64,000 nt of DNA. Origin: Candidatus Acidiferrum sp. Lineage in GTDB: Bacteria; Acidobacteriota; Terriglobia; Acidiferrales; UBA7541. This document shows, one piece after another, positions 9,419-20,631 of this stretch. Below the pieces are notes generated by a model. The model made no database searches, was not told the origin of the DNA, and saw only the letters and a program-made list of their open reading frames with translations. The position numbers were made by a program, and so were the translations under genes. Numbering within the stretch: position 1 is the first letter of the stretch; each line of letters begins with the position of its first letter. The stretch covers positions 16,888 through 80,887 of the forward strand of contig DATEGO010000059.1 in NCBI GenBank assembly GCA_035280065.1, given 5' to 3'.

Positions 9419-10369
9419 ATGGGGCGCACAACAGAATATTGCGAATGCATACTGCTCGGTGTGTTTTTGTTTACAGCAAGCAGCGGCGCCCAGGAATCGA
9501 CGTCCAAGCCGGAGGCAAATTCAGGAACTCCGGCCAGCGCGGCGGCGCAGAATGGGCCGGGCAAGGCCCTGAGCAGCGCGCTGGCTGCGGCTTGCTCCCA
9601 AAACCAGGCGGAATTCACCCCCTTCCTGACCGTTCGAAACAAGGAATCATTCTCCCGCATGACACCCGCAGCGCGGGTCGCCCTGATGAAGCGGTTTGTG
9701 CTTCTGGACGAGCCTGGGAAAGCGACGATTTCTGCGAATCCTTCGGGCCGGCCCATCGTTCGCTGCGAGACGCCGGGCGGCACGGTCGAGATGCAGATTG
9801 GCGGGGCGGACGTCCGGGATAATATGGCGTTTTTGCCGCTGGAACTTCACGAGACTACAGATTCCACCGGGGGAAGCGCCCGCCAGATCAACATGGGCTT
9901 GGTGCGCGAACAAGGCGATTGGAAACTGCTCTCGCTTGGAGTCCTTCTTCTGGACCTGCCGGCGCTCGAAGCAGAATGGGATGAGTCGGAGATCGAAGCG
10001 ACAGAGAAAGGCGCCCTCGAGTCTTTAAGAACCATTGCCGACGCGATTGAATCCTATCGGAAAAAATATTTGCGCCTCCCGGAATCCCTAGCGAACCTTG
10101 CCTCGCCTGCCCGCGGCAAACCCGGCACTGAGGCTGCCAGCCTGTTGGAAGCCGACCTCGCCAAGGGAGGAAAGGATGGCTACGCGTTTCGCTATGTGAT
10201 TGTCGGCGCTAGCAACGTAGGCGCTCCCGCGAAATACGAATTATCCGCCACTCCTCTCCGCTATGGACAGACGGGGCGGCGGTCGTTCTTCCGCGATTCG
10301 AACGGGATGTTGCACGCGGCAGACCGGCAGGGCGCCGTGGGCAGCGAAACCGATCCGAAAGCGGAATAG
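9419..10369 (+). CDS. Exported protein with C-terminal pilin-like/DUF2950-like domain
   Basis: N-terminal hydrophobic signal; C-terminal SLRTIADAIESY...P.SL..L...KDGYAFRY...ATP..YGQTGRRSFF.D..G pattern seen in acidobacterial pilin-like globular domains. Confidence 0.6.
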   Translation: MGRTTEYCECILLGVFLFTASSGAQESTSKPEANSGTPASAAAQNGPGKALSSALAAACSQNQAEFTPFLTVRNKESFSRMTPAARVALMKRFVLLDEPGKATISANPSGRPIVRCETPGGTVEMQIGGADVRDNMAFLPLELHETTDSTGGSARQINMGLVREQGDWKLLSLGVLLLDLPALEAEWDESEIEATEKGALESLRTIADAIESYRKKYLRLPESLANLASPARGKPGTEAASLLEADLAKGGKDGYAFRYVIVGASNVGAPAKYELSATPLRYGQTGRRSFFRDSNGMLHAADRQGAVGSETDPKAE

Positions 10370-11532
10370 TGCTCGCAAAAAGCCCTGGTACTTCTACCAC
10401 TTTGTGCTTGCACGGGCTTGGCGCTACTATCGTACGACCCGCTAAGGTGCGCCTTTTGCGAATTTCTCTTTCTTGCGTGCTTTTCACACTTGGCTTGCTA
10501 CTGCCCGGCCGCATCGCGGCGGCGATGCAAAGTTATTCTGAACCACCCCTGCCTGTTTTCGAGCTGCACAGCGGATTCTGGATCAATCTTCATCACACGT
10601 TGTATCAGGAGGCACGGCAGCGCAAAGCTGCCAGGTCGCGCGACGGAGGGGCGACGAAGTCCGCTCCGACAGCTGCGAAGAGCGTTCTTGCTGGAAAAGG
10701 ACTGACAGACGCAGAACAAAAGGCCTGGGACGATGCCGTAGCGTTTTACGCAGACAACTACGCGGACAAGGACCTGCTCTTCACGACGGAATTGATTCAA
10801 CTGAAAGACCAGCTTGGGGATTTCGAAGACTGCGACGAGCTTTCCGGGCGAAAGCGGAAATTTTGCGACGTGGGCTTGCCGGCGAACTTGACGCAAGTTC
10901 TGGAGGCGGCAGCTCCCGTTTATCGCAGGTATCTCTGGCCCGAACATGACAAGGCCAACCGACGGTGGATTCTACAAGTGGCTCCGCTGGTGCGTGAACA
11001 AGGTGTAGGACTCTCGGAACGGCTAGCGGATATTTATCAAACGCGCTGGCCGCACGGAAAAATCCGCGTGGACGTGGTGGCCTACGCCAACTGGGCCGGC
11101 GCTTACACGACAGTTGATCCTTTGCGCGTCACGATCTCCAGCCTGGATTCCCGCAACCAGGGGCCTCAAGCGCTCGAGGTGCTTTTTCATGAAGGCTCCC
11201 ATGGAATCGCGGAGCCGGTACAGACGGCGATTATCCGCGAGTGCCGGCAGCGCGATAAGGCCATTCCGCGGGATCTCTGGCACGCTCTGGTTTTTTACAC
11301 GACGGGCGAAGTGATCCGCACGGTGCTGACTTCTTCTTCGGCTTCGGCGAGTCGCGGAGACAAGGGGAGTGACGGCCCCGCGGGCACCTATAGCGCTTAT
11401 GCAGTTCGCGAAGGACTGTACCAGCGCGGGTGGAAGAACTATCTCGAACTCCTGCAGCGGTTCTGGCAGCCGTACCTTGACGGAAAGGCAACGTTTGACG
11501 ACGCAATTGCACGAATGGTGTCTTCGCTTTAG
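10369..11532 (+). CDS. Exported protein, putative zinc metallopeptidase; start uncertain
   Basis: Signal-like segment; GAYT strand followed by EVLFHEGSH (HExxH). Confidence 0.6.
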   Translation: MLAKSPGTSTTLCLHGLGATIVRPAKVRLLRISLSCVLFTLGLLLPGRIAAAMQSYSEPPLPVFELHSGFWINLHHTLYQEARQRKAARSRDGGATKSAPTAAKSVLAGKGLTDAEQKAWDDAVAFYADNYADKDLLFTTELIQLKDQLGDFEDCDELSGRKRKFCDVGLPANLTQVLEAAAPVYRRYLWPEHDKANRRWILQVAPLVREQGVGLSERLADIYQTRWPHGKIRVDVVAYANWAGAYTTVDPLRVTISSLDSRNQGPQALEVLFHEGSHGIAEPVQTAIIRECRQRDKAIPRDLWHALVFYTTGEVIRTVLTSSSASASRGDKGSDGPAGTYSAYAVREGLYQRGWKNYLELLQRFWQPYLDGKATFDDAIARMVSSL

Positions 11533-11601
11533 TAGGCCTGAGCCGCGCTCTCATTTTTTAAAGTTAAAGCGCGTGGTTTAGTTCTTAGACAGAGGCAGTT
11601 C

Positions 11602-12081
11602 TTAAGAGCTGGCGTCCTTGATGTCTTCCCGTGCCCGTCTCTGCGCGCTCTTCGCCTGCGCCCTAGCGTCCACATCCGAGTTCAGAACGTGAATGGCTTT
11701 GTCCAAGGGCAATGCCCTGTTTCTTGGCGGAGCTTCGCACGACTTCACGTCGCCGCCGGGACGCATGCCCGTCATGTCCCATTTCAGACAATTATATTTG
11801 AGTTTCAAATTGCGGCTCACGTGGAGCGCGGCGACGCAATCCTCTAGGCTTGAGAATTCGCTGCATGCGTCTCGCAAAGTTGTTTTCGGAGGCAGAAGCG
11901 CCTGCAATTGCAACGTCAGCTTCCGGTCTTCCTCCGGGTGAGCCGCAAGTTGCTCGGTAGCAGTGGGGCTGGGGTTCTTCTTAATCCATTTGAGAGGATT
12001 GTAAGAACGCGCGGTGGCGCCGGCAGCGCCGAGCAAAATGCTGACTCCCGCTGCACTAACAACGAACCATTTGTTTTTCAT
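11602..12081 (-). CDS. Exported hypothetical protein
   Basis: Sec signal MKNKWFVV...ATA; GAGGA RBS; four Cys. Confidence 0.7.
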   Translation of the reverse strand: MKNKWFVVSAAGVSILLGAAGATARSYNPLKWIKKNPSPTATEQLAAHPEEDRKLTLQLQALLPPKTTLRDACSEFSSLEDCVAALHVSRNLKLKYNCLKWDMTGMRPGGDVKSCEAPPRNRALPLDKAIHVLNSDVDARAQAKSAQRRAREDIKDASS

Positions 12082-12613
12082 GCTGTCCTCACTTCGAGGG
12101 CGGGCCCTGGGCTAGACCTAGTAGGCCACGATGCGAGGAGCGCATCGAGTTGTCGATGGTGCGGTACTCACCGAATGCGTTACGTTGACCTGGAGGGCAG
12201 GTTTTGAGGAGGGAGTACCTGTCCACCGGTGGCTGGCAGGCATCTCGACCGGAGCGCATCTCTTCGGTTTTTTGTGAAACCCGCGCGCCGGTGTTGCCCT
12301 GTTTCGTTTCTTTCGAACGTGTTGAAAGAGATTCGTGACGGCGCGGTGACGTTGTCGCAGCCATTCGCAATATGCTAGGCTTTCCCGGGTTGAGATTAAT
12401 CCGGACCCTTGCGTCACGCGAGCCCTGCGACGCGCGCAACTTTCCATAAGCCCCTCCGAAAGAGGCAGTCCCAGCAAGGGGAACCATCGGAGAATTGAGG
12501 CTCCGGAGAATCCATCGCCGCGGGGCTGTATTGCGTTCGTCCCCGTTTTTGACCGTCTGCAGCGGAACGGCCCCGGAAGCAGCCGGAGCCCCGAGAAAAG
12601 GAATCACCAGCCT

Positions 12614-13492
12614 ATGCCTGGCCAACAAGCAGCCTCGAAGACCGAAACCGTGCCCGTCGAAATCAAGCTTGCGCATTCGCCGGATTCCGACGATGCGTTC
12701 ATGTTCTACGCGTTGGCCACGCACAAGCTCTCCACTCCCGGTTACAAATACACGCACATTCTTTCGGACATCCAGTCGCTGAACGAGGCGGCGCTCTCGG
12801 AAACCTATGACGTCACAGCGATCAGCTTCGCCGCTTACCCAAGTCTTCGCGACAAGTATGTTCTTATCGATTGCGGCGCGAGCTTTGGAGAAGGCTACGG
12901 CCCGATCGTCGTATCAACAAAAGCGGTGAGGCCGCAGGAACTTACCGGAAAACGAATTGGCGTTCCTGGACTGAAAACTTCGGCGTATCTCACGCTGAAG
13001 CTTTTCGAACCCAATTTTGAGCCTGTTGTCATGCCCTTCGACAAAATCATTGACGCGGTTCAGAACAATCTTGTCGAAGCCGGCCTGCTCATTCATGAAG
13101 GGCAGCTTTTCTTTCCTGAAAAGGGACTGCACCGCGTGATGGACCTCGGAATTTGGTGGCAAGAACAAACGGGGCTGCCTCTTCCGCTAGGCGGAAATGC
13201 GGTTCGCCGCGCGCTGGGTCAAAAGCTCGGGCGCCAGATCGCGAAAACCATCCGCGACAGCGTTGCTTACGGCCTGGAACACCGCGAAGAAGCTCTGAAT
13301 TACGCCATGCAATTCGCGCGTGAGATGAACACGGAGCTAGCCGACCAATTTGTCGGCATGTACGTCAACAAGTGGACGCTCGGCTATGGAGAAAAGGGCA
13401 AGCAAGCGGTGAACGAGCTGATCGTGCGCGGCACGAATGCAGGTCTCCTCCCCGGCCCACCGACGGTGCAATTCCTCAGCGAAGAGGAATAG
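12614..13492 (+). CDS. mqnD: MqnA/MqnD-family futalosine-pathway protein, likely 1,4-dihydroxy-6-naphthoate synthase
   Basis: AHSPDSDDAFMFY, DIQSLN, GEGYGP, LLIHEGQ, GLPLPLG, MYVN. Confidence 0.8.
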   Translation: MPGQQAASKTETVPVEIKLAHSPDSDDAFMFYALATHKLSTPGYKYTHILSDIQSLNEAALSETYDVTAISFAAYPSLRDKYVLIDCGASFGEGYGPIVVSTKAVRPQELTGKRIGVPGLKTSAYLTLKLFEPNFEPVVMPFDKIIDAVQNNLVEAGLLIHEGQLFFPEKGLHRVMDLGIWWQEQTGLPLPLGGNAVRRALGQKLGRQIAKTIRDSVAYGLEHREEALNYAMQFAREMNTELADQFVGMYVNKWTLGYGEKGKQAVNELIVRGTNAGLLPGPPTVQFLSEEE

Positions 13493-13526
13493 AAATCGGA
13501 CCTGCGTAAGGTCCTTTCGGCGCGCT

Positions 13527-15089
13527 TTATTTTTTCGGCGTCAAATACAGATCCTGATAGTCAAAACTGAAATCGGCAAGCGGTGAAACCGCCACCATGG
13601 TCAAGTGATCGATGGCTCCGTCTGGTTTCAGCGTAAAGGTGAGGAACGCGTCTTCGATCGTGCGGTCTCGCCAATGAGCCTTGAAAGTGTCGTATTGCCA
13701 GTGTTGAAGATCCGCAACAGCTTTCGGCGTGTGGTCCAGTGTGAAAACAAGTTTGCCACCTTCCATCCGAATGGTAACGGGTCCATACCAGGGATCGGTG
13801 TAAACGCCCGCATATTTCTCTAGCGGCAAGGAAGGCTTTGAATCGGCGGCACGGCCGGATTCCTGCTGCCTCATGATCTCCGCGGCTTGCTTCTCGGCTT
13901 GCTCTTCCGCAGATTTGTGCGCCGCAATCCAATCCGCGGGCGCGAGTCCAAAGTAAGAATCGAGTATGTGGTACAGAATCGAGTCGAAAGCTCCGCCTTG
14001 CTCCGCGTTGGTCAGGATGACGACGCCGAGGTTTTCTTCGGGAACCAGCATGACACGCGAGACCATGCCCGCTACGCCGCCGGTGTGAGCTACCATTTCT
14101 CTTCCGTGGTAATCGTTAAGTCCCCATCCAAGTCCGTAGGCTGCGAATTTCGGCCTCTTCGCGGCAAGTGGAGAGGCCCCCGTACCGATCGGAAGAATTG
14201 TTTGCGCGCTCCACATCTCTCGCGATTGCCTCTCGCTGAAGATTCGTTCTTCGCGTCCGGGAATCTTTCCGTGATTGAGTTGAAGCAGGAGCCATTTCGC
14301 CATTTCGGCGGCGGAGGAGTTGATCGAGCCGGCCGGCCCTGCATTATCGAGACTTACAAACTCGATGGGTTGAAGCTTGCCGTCTACTTTCGAATGCGGC
14401 CAGGCGTAGTTGTCGCCCGGCTTGAAGTCGGCGTTGCTCAGATTTGTGGTGTGCATTCCCAAAGGAAGCAGAATTTTCTCCCGAACGTAATCTTCCCAGG
14501 ACTTCCCGGTCACCGCGGGAATGATCTGCCCAGCGGTCATGTAGAGCAAATTGTCGTATGCGAAGCGGCTGCGGAAACTGGAGGCCGGCTTCATGAAGCG
14601 CAGTTTGTAGATAATCTCAGCGCGGGTGAACGTGGTGTGTGGCCAGAAGAGCAGGTCGCCCTCACCCAGGCCCATGCCGCTTCTATGAGTCAGCAAATCG
14701 CGAATGGTCATTTCGTGAGATACGTACGGGTCGTACATCTGAAATCCCGTGAGACGCTCATATACCGGGTCGTCCCAGGAGATCTTGCCATCGTCGACCA
14801 GCGTGGCCAGCGTTGCGGAGGTAAACGCTTTTGTGTTTGAGCCAATGGCGAGGAGTGTGTTTTCATCCACTGGCGTCGGTTCACCAAGTTTCCGGACGCC
14901 GTATCCCTTGGCCAGCACGACCTTGCCGTCTTTCACGATGGCCACGGACAGACCGGGCACTTCAAAAGCTTTTAGAACTCGGGCGACATAGCCATCCAAA
15001 TCCGCAGGCGGGGCGTTCTGCGCCAATACGGGCGGGACGCAAATCATCACCAACAACCACAGCAACCATGGTCGCAGGCTGAGTTTCAT
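13527..15089 (-). CDS. Serine hydrolase (class C beta-lactamase fold) with C-terminal DUF3471-like domain
   Basis: Signal peptide, SNTK (SxxK), LLTHRSG, YDN (YxN), HTGG. Confidence 0.88.
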   Translation of the reverse strand: MKLSLRPWLLWLLVMICVPPVLAQNAPPADLDGYVARVLKAFEVPGLSVAIVKDGKVVLAKGYGVRKLGEPTPVDENTLLAIGSNTKAFTSATLATLVDDGKISWDDPVYERLTGFQMYDPYVSHEMTIRDLLTHRSGMGLGEGDLLFWPHTTFTRAEIIYKLRFMKPASSFRSRFAYDNLLYMTAGQIIPAVTGKSWEDYVREKILLPLGMHTTNLSNADFKPGDNYAWPHSKVDGKLQPIEFVSLDNAGPAGSINSSAAEMAKWLLLQLNHGKIPGREERIFSERQSREMWSAQTILPIGTGASPLAAKRPKFAAYGLGWGLNDYHGREMVAHTGGVAGMVSRVMLVPEENLGVVILTNAEQGGAFDSILYHILDSYFGLAPADWIAAHKSAEEQAEKQAAEIMRQQESGRAADSKPSLPLEKYAGVYTDPWYGPVTIRMEGGKLVFTLDHTPKAVADLQHWQYDTFKAHWRDRTIEDAFLTFTLKPDGAIDHLTMVAVSPLADFSFDYQDLYLTPKK

Positions 15090-15216
15090 GACGTCCTCCT
15101 CGCTTTTTCTGGAAGCTTGCGCTGGAGATTAAATCACAGATTTCTCGAATTTCGCGGACTTCGCGTTGCGGGCCTGCCTTGACGCTCCTAGGCGAATCCC
15201 TTACTGTCTTTTCGTT

Positions 15217-17067
15217 ATGATTTCGCGCAAAACAGTTCTGCTTTCTTCGTTCCTGTTGCTGCCCGGCGCTGCGGTACTGACGCCGCGCGTTGCAGCGCAG
15301 ACTCCGGCAAAGCCCTCCGTCCAACCAGAACCAAACAAAGTTTGGCCCCAGCAGGCGGTCCGCGCCGCACACGGCATGGTGGTTACGGATGAAGAACTTG
15401 GATCGCAGGCTGGCGTGGAAATCTTGAAGCGCGGCGGAAATGCGGTGGATGCGGCTGTTGCAACCGCATTTGCTCTTGCCATCGTCGAACCCGACGCGGG
15501 TAACATTGGCGGCGGAGGCTTTATGCTTCTCCGCCTTGCGGATGGCAAGACCACATTTCTGGACTACCGCGAAACGGCTCCCGGCAAAGCCACGCGTGAC
15601 ATGTACCTCGGCAAGGATGGCAAGCTGGATGAAGAAGCCTCCGTCGTTGGATATCGCTCGGTAGCGGTCCCTGGAACCGTCGCGGGCTTGGAATTAGCTC
15701 TGAAAAGCCATGGCACGATGAAGCTAGCTGATGTGATGGCCCCGGCCATCCGCCTGGCGGAAGAGGGTTTTGTAGTCAGCGAAAAACTGGCCGCTGAATT
15801 GGAAGAGGAAAGCCCTGGCTTGCAAGCATTTCCCGCGAGCAAACGGATTTTTCTGAATGGAGATGAGCGCTTCAAGGCGGGCGACAGGCTGAAGCAGCCG
15901 GAACTGGCGGCAACACTCAAGCGCATCGCGCAGAGAGGGGCCGCGGAATTCTATCGAGGAGAGACTGCGCACGTGCTCGCAGATGAGATGGCGAAGAATG
16001 GCGGGATTGTTTCGCTCGATGACCTGGCGAACTACAAGCCCAAGATCCGCGAAGTCTTGCACGCGAAATACGACAGTGGCGGCCACTCATGGGAAGTGTT
16101 GACGGCGCCCCCGCCAAGCTCTGGCGGAGTAGCGATGATCGAAGCTCTGAACATGCTAAAGGATATCCCGCTCAAAGGCTGGGACGATCCGCAAAGTGTT
16201 CACATGGTTGTGGAAACCATGCGTCGAGTGTTTGCGGACCGGGCTGCGTATCTCGCCGATCCCGACTTTTCCAAAATTCCGGTGGCTGGCTTGACGGATC
16301 CCTGCTACGCGAAGGAGCGTACAGCGAGCATCGATCCCGCAAAAGCGTCCTCTAGCAAAACGATTACGGCGGGAACACCTCACACCTGCAGCGCTTCTGC
16401 AAATGCGGAAACTGCCCCTCATTCTGTCTCCAGCAAGCCTGAAGGTCGCCACACAACACATTTTTCTGTTGTGGACACGGCGGGAAACGCGGTCGCCAGC
16501 ACTTACACGCTGAACGACAGCTATGGCTCTCACGTAACCTGCACCGCAGGTTTTTTGCTCAACGATGAGATGGACGATTTCACTACTCAGCCCGGAGCGC
16601 CGAACTCCCTTTACGAATTGATGCAATCTGATGCCAACGCAATCGCGCCGGGGCATCGGCCGCTGAGTTCGATGACGCCAACTATTCTCCTTCGCGATGG
16701 CAAGCTCAGTTTCATCACCGGCTCGCCTGGCGGACCGACCATCATCTCCGTCACCCTGCTGAGCGTGATCAACTGGATGCGCCTTGGCATGGACGCGCAA
16801 GCGGCGATCAACGCGCCGCGCTTTCATCATCAATGGTTCCCCGACCGCATTCGTATGGAGGCAGAGTTTGGTTTGAGTGTGGAGCAAGCGCTGCGCGCTC
16901 GCGGGTACGAGGTTGAGCGGGGATGGTACGAGACGCCTAGCCTCAGCAATGAGGCCAAATTGCGCAAGCACATGGGACTGGTCAACGCCATCGGCATTGA
17001 TCCGCAGACTGGTGAACGCCTGGGGGCAGCCGACCCGCGCGATCAGGGGTCGGCAGTCGGTTACTGA
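15217..17067 (+). CDS. ggt: Gamma-glutamyltransferase
   Basis: GGNAVDAA, GGGGF, DYRE, PPPSSGG, HTTHFS (autocleavage Thr), LNDEMDDF, PLSSM, GSPGG. Confidence 0.95.
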   Translation: MISRKTVLLSSFLLLPGAAVLTPRVAAQTPAKPSVQPEPNKVWPQQAVRAAHGMVVTDEELGSQAGVEILKRGGNAVDAAVATAFALAIVEPDAGNIGGGGFMLLRLADGKTTFLDYRETAPGKATRDMYLGKDGKLDEEASVVGYRSVAVPGTVAGLELALKSHGTMKLADVMAPAIRLAEEGFVVSEKLAAELEEESPGLQAFPASKRIFLNGDERFKAGDRLKQPELAATLKRIAQRGAAEFYRGETAHVLADEMAKNGGIVSLDDLANYKPKIREVLHAKYDSGGHSWEVLTAPPPSSGGVAMIEALNMLKDIPLKGWDDPQSVHMVVETMRRVFADRAAYLADPDFSKIPVAGLTDPCYAKERTASIDPAKASSSKTITAGTPHTCSASANAETAPHSVSSKPEGRHTTHFSVVDTAGNAVASTYTLNDSYGSHVTCTAGFLLNDEMDDFTTQPGAPNSLYELMQSDANAIAPGHRPLSSMTPTILLRDGKLSFITGSPGGPTIISVTLLSVINWMRLGMDAQAAINAPRFHHQWFPDRIRMEAEFGLSVEQALRARGYEVERGWYETPSLSNEAKLRKHMGLVNAIGIDPQTGERLGAADPRDQGSAVGY

Positions 17068-17163
17068 GGGGAATGCTTCGGGCACAAGGGTCTGAGAGAA
17101 GACGGAAGCTGCTCGCCGAATAACGATAAACTTCTGGGATGGCCTTAGAAACCCAGTGAACTC

Positions 17164-18024
17164 ATGCAGAGACTACTCTCGACCTACCTATTCATTTCTA
17201 AGAAATTAACGCCGGAAATCCTAGCGCAAATCGGCGAGGCCGATTTCCAGGGCATTGAGATTTTCTGCACGCGCAGCCATTTCGAATACACGATGAAGCC
17301 GGAAATACGCGCGATGGCCAGCGCCCTCGACGCCCATCGTTTGCAACTGGTTTCGCTCCACGCTCCCACCAGCCGGGACCTGAGCGCCATGCGCGAGAGC
17401 GGCGCGCCGCTTTCGATTTGCGAAGTGGAGCGCGTTCGGCGCATCGAGGCCATGGACGAATTGAAGCGCGTCATTGACGTCGCAGACGACCTACCGTATG
17501 CGCGGCTCATCCTGCACATGGGAGGCTCGCGGGAAACCGCCGATCCGCGAAAGCGCGACGCGGCCTTCAGTTCATTGGAGCACCTGGTCCTGCATGCTCG
17601 CCACGCAGGCGTCACCATCTGCGTGGAAAACACTTTGAGCGAGATGGGGAGCCCCGATTATTTGCGCGCTTTTGTGGACGAGACGCGCCTTACCGGCTTG
17701 CGGTTTAACTTCGATATCGGCCACGCACACCTTGCGGAGTTTCCGGAAGAGGAACGCGTGGAGAAGAGTCTTGTGCCGATGAAGGAGCTGGTTTCTTCCG
17801 TGCATCTGCACGACAACCACGGCGAAAAGGACGAACACCTGCCGCCTTACGATGGCTCCATCCACTGGCCCGGCGCCATTAAACTGCTCAAGTCGTCATC
17901 ACAAGATGGTCTGCCGGTTGTCCTCGAACTAAAGGAAAAGACCGGTCCCGAAGCGCCCACCATGAACGAGCAACTCGTCGCTGCCCGCAAATCGCTCGAC
18001 AGGTTCGAGAAGGCTTGGGCGTAA
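17164..18024 (+). CDS. Sugar phosphate isomerase/epimerase family TIM-barrel protein
   Basis: SLHAP, VEN, FDIGHAH, VHLHDNHGEKDEHL, VVLE metal ligands. Confidence 0.85.
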   Translation: MQRLLSTYLFISKKLTPEILAQIGEADFQGIEIFCTRSHFEYTMKPEIRAMASALDAHRLQLVSLHAPTSRDLSAMRESGAPLSICEVERVRRIEAMDELKRVIDVADDLPYARLILHMGGSRETADPRKRDAAFSSLEHLVLHARHAGVTICVENTLSEMGSPDYLRAFVDETRLTGLRFNFDIGHAHLAEFPEEERVEKSLVPMKELVSSVHLHDNHGEKDEHLPPYDGSIHWPGAIKLLKSSSQDGLPVVLELKEKTGPEAPTMNEQLVAARKSLDRFEKAWA

Positions 18025-18157
18025 GACTTCAAGTACGAAAGGCGTTTCACTAAACCTGCATTTCAGGAAAGTGCGAGCCTCTTATCGTTCTGTCATAGCA
18101 GACACCGACCCCTACTCTGGTAAACTATTCGTTTAATTTTGGGCTGAGAATCGCGCT

Positions 18158-19459
18158 ATGACGACGATCACAATTGAACAAGCCGGGAAATACGACGGGC
18201 AGGAAGTCACCCTCAAGGGCTGGCTTTACAATCTGCGCGAATCCGGCAAGCTGCTTTTCCCTATCTTTCGTGACGGAACGGGCATCATCCAAGGCGTTTG
18301 CTCACTCAAGGAAAATCCCGAGGCATTCGAATCGCTCAAGGGCTTGACTCAGGAATCAAGCGTCATCGTCACGGGAAAGATTCGCGCGGAAAAGCGCGCT
18401 CCAGGCGGCTACGAAATCGGCGTCACGAAATTGCAAGTCCTGCAAAAGGTCTCCGAATCGACTCCTTTTCCGATCCAGCTCAAAGAGCACGGCGTGGATT
18501 TTCTCCTCGACAACCGGCATATCTGGATTCGCACGCCACGCCAGGCCGCGATTCTTCGCATTCGCGCCGAAGCGATCCGCGCCGCGCGCGAATTTATGGA
18601 CAGCCAGGGTTACACGCTGACTGACGCGCCGATGTTTACTCCCGCGGCGTGCGAAGGTACATCAACGCTCTTTGAAGTCAATTACATTGACGACCAGAAA
18701 GCGTACCTCACGCAGAGCGGCCAGCTTTATGGCGAAGCGCTGGCCATGGCGCTGGGCAAAATCTATACGTTTGGCCCTACCTTCCGCGCGGAAAAATCAA
18801 AAACACGGCGCCACCTCACGGAATTCTGGATGCTCGAGCCTGAAGCCGCTTACGTGGAACTGGACGAGGCCATGGCGCTCGGCGAAGGGCTGGTGAGCGC
18901 CATCGTGCAAGGCGTTTTGAGAAACAAATCGCAGGAGCTCGAAACCCTCAAGCGCGATACGAAAAAACTGGAGTGCGTCAAGCCGCCCTTCCCGCGCATC
19001 AGTTACGAAGAGGCTGTCGCCGTGCTAAATAAAAACGGCAATCCGGCCAAATTTGGCGACGATTTCGGAGGCGACGAGGAAACCATCATTTCGAGTTCTT
19101 TCGATCGCCCAGTACTCGTTCATCGTTATCCCACCTCCCTCAAAGCCTTTTACATGCAGCCCGACCCGCAGCGGCCCGAGCTTGCGCTGGCTTTTGACAT
19201 GCTTGCGCCGGAAGGCTACGGCGAAATCATCGGCGGCAGCCAGCGCATCCATGATTACGACTTGCTTGTCATGCGCCTGCATGAACACAACCTCCCTGAA
19301 GAGGCATTTCAGTGGTATCTCGACCTGCGCCGCTACGGAAGCGTGCCACATTCCGGCTTCGGCCTTGGTCTCGAGCGTACGGTCGCCTGGATTTGCGGCA
19401 CCGAGCACATTCGGGAGGTGATTCCCTTCCCTCGTATGATTTACCGCGTGTATCCTTAG
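18158..19459 (+). CDS. asnS: Asparagine--tRNA ligase
   Basis: OB-fold GW...[51 protein letters not shown]. Confidence 0.95.
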   Translation: MTTITIEQAGKYDGQEVTLKGWLYNLRESGKLLFPIFRDGTGIIQGVCSLKENPEAFESLKGLTQESSVIVTGKIRAEKRAPGGYEIGVTKLQVLQKVSESTPFPIQLKEHGVDFLLDNRHIWIRTPRQAAILRIRAEAIRAAREFMDSQGYTLTDAPMFTPAACEGTSTLFEVNYIDDQKAYLTQSGQLYGEALAMALGKIYTFGPTFRAEKSKTRRHLTEFWMLEPEAAYVELDEAMALGEGLVSAIVQGVLRNKSQELETLKRDTKKLECVKPPFPRISYEEAVAVLNKNGNPAKFGDDFGGDEETIISSSFDRPVLVHRYPTSLKAFYMQPDPQRPELALAFDMLAPEGYGEIIGGSQRIHDYDLLVMRLHEHNLPEEAFQWYLDLRRYGSVPHSGFGLGLERTVAWICGTEHIREVIPFPRMIYRVYP

Positions 19460-19599
19460 TGCGGGGTAGTTCGCGCCACGCCGGCGCATCCACCACGCAT
19501 CGGGCACCACGGAGTGATCCGGGCCTTGCGCACTTTTCGCGCATTGACTTTTGGTGCGCCTTCGCAGGACGCAAAATACGGATCCGAACGCGGGACAAA

Positions 19600-20511
19600 A
19601 TGGCTCAAAAAGTTCGCATCATCGGCGTTCCCATGGACCTCGGCCAAAGCCGCCGCGGCGTGGACATGGGGCCATCCGCTCTGCGGGGTGCAGGTTTGCA
19701 CACCGCCATCAAGAAGCTGGGCCACACCGTCGAAGATATTGGCAACCTCGAAGTGAAGCAACCCGAAGAAATGCCCGTCGGCGAAAAGCGGGCCAAGTAT
19801 CTTCAGGAAATTGCAGAAACCTGCCAAGACATTTCCAGAACTGTAGAAAAGTCCCTTGGCGAGGGTTTTCTCCCGCTTGTTCTTGGCGGTGACCACTCGA
19901 TCGCAATCGGGGCGGCTGCCGGCGTGGCTTCTCACTATCGCCAGCAGAAGAGGGAAATCGGCTACCTCTGGCTGGACGCGCACGGCGACATGAACACGCC
20001 AGAATCTTCGCCGTCCGGCAACATCCACGGAATGCCCCTCGCGGCCATCATGGGCTACGGCGCGCCCGAACTCGTCGAGCTGGGTGGCTTCAAACCCAAA
20101 GCCGAGCCCGGGAACATTGTCATTGTGGGAGCGCGCGACCTCGACGCTCAAGAGCGCAAAATCGTCAAAAAATCAGGCGTCCGTGTTTTCACCATGCGCG
20201 ACATTGACGAGCGCGGCATGCGCGACGTCATGTCCGAAGCTCTAAAATACGCCATGGACGATGCCGCCGGCGTGGCCGTCAGCCTGGATATGGACTTCGT
20301 GGATCCCACCGATGCCCCCGGGGTCGGCACTCCTGTCCGAGGAGGCGTTACATATCGCGAAGCGCATCTCGCCATGGAAATGATTGCCGATACGGAGTCC
20401 ATGGTCTCGATGGAAGTGGTGGAGATCAATCCCATTCTCGACGAACATAATCGGACGGCATTGCTCGGCGTCGAATTAGTCCTATCTGCTCTAGGTCAAA
20501 AGATACTGTGA
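19600..20511 (+). CDS. rocF: Arginase
   Basis: LGGDHS, WLDAHGDMNT, SGNIHGM, SLDMDFVDP, PGVGTPV, EINP. Confidence 0.93.
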   Translation: MAQKVRIIGVPMDLGQSRRGVDMGPSALRGAGLHTAIKKLGHTVEDIGNLEVKQPEEMPVGEKRAKYLQEIAETCQDISRTVEKSLGEGFLPLVLGGDHSIAIGAAAGVASHYRQQKREIGYLWLDAHGDMNTPESSPSGNIHGMPLAAIMGYGAPELVELGGFKPKAEPGNIVIVGARDLDAQERKIVKKSGVRVFTMRDIDERGMRDVMSEALKYAMDDAAGVAVSLDMDFVDPTDAPGVGTPVRGGVTYREAHLAMEMIADTESMVSMEVVEINPILDEHNRTALLGVELVLSALGQKIL

Positions 20512-20631
20512 GCTGATTTTTCACAGCCGGTTGTCAATTCAGAACGCATCCAAAAACAACCGCTCCAACAATTCAGTTTTTTCCCTTATAACTGAAAACT
20601 GATTACGGACTACTGAGAACTGGAACCTCCC

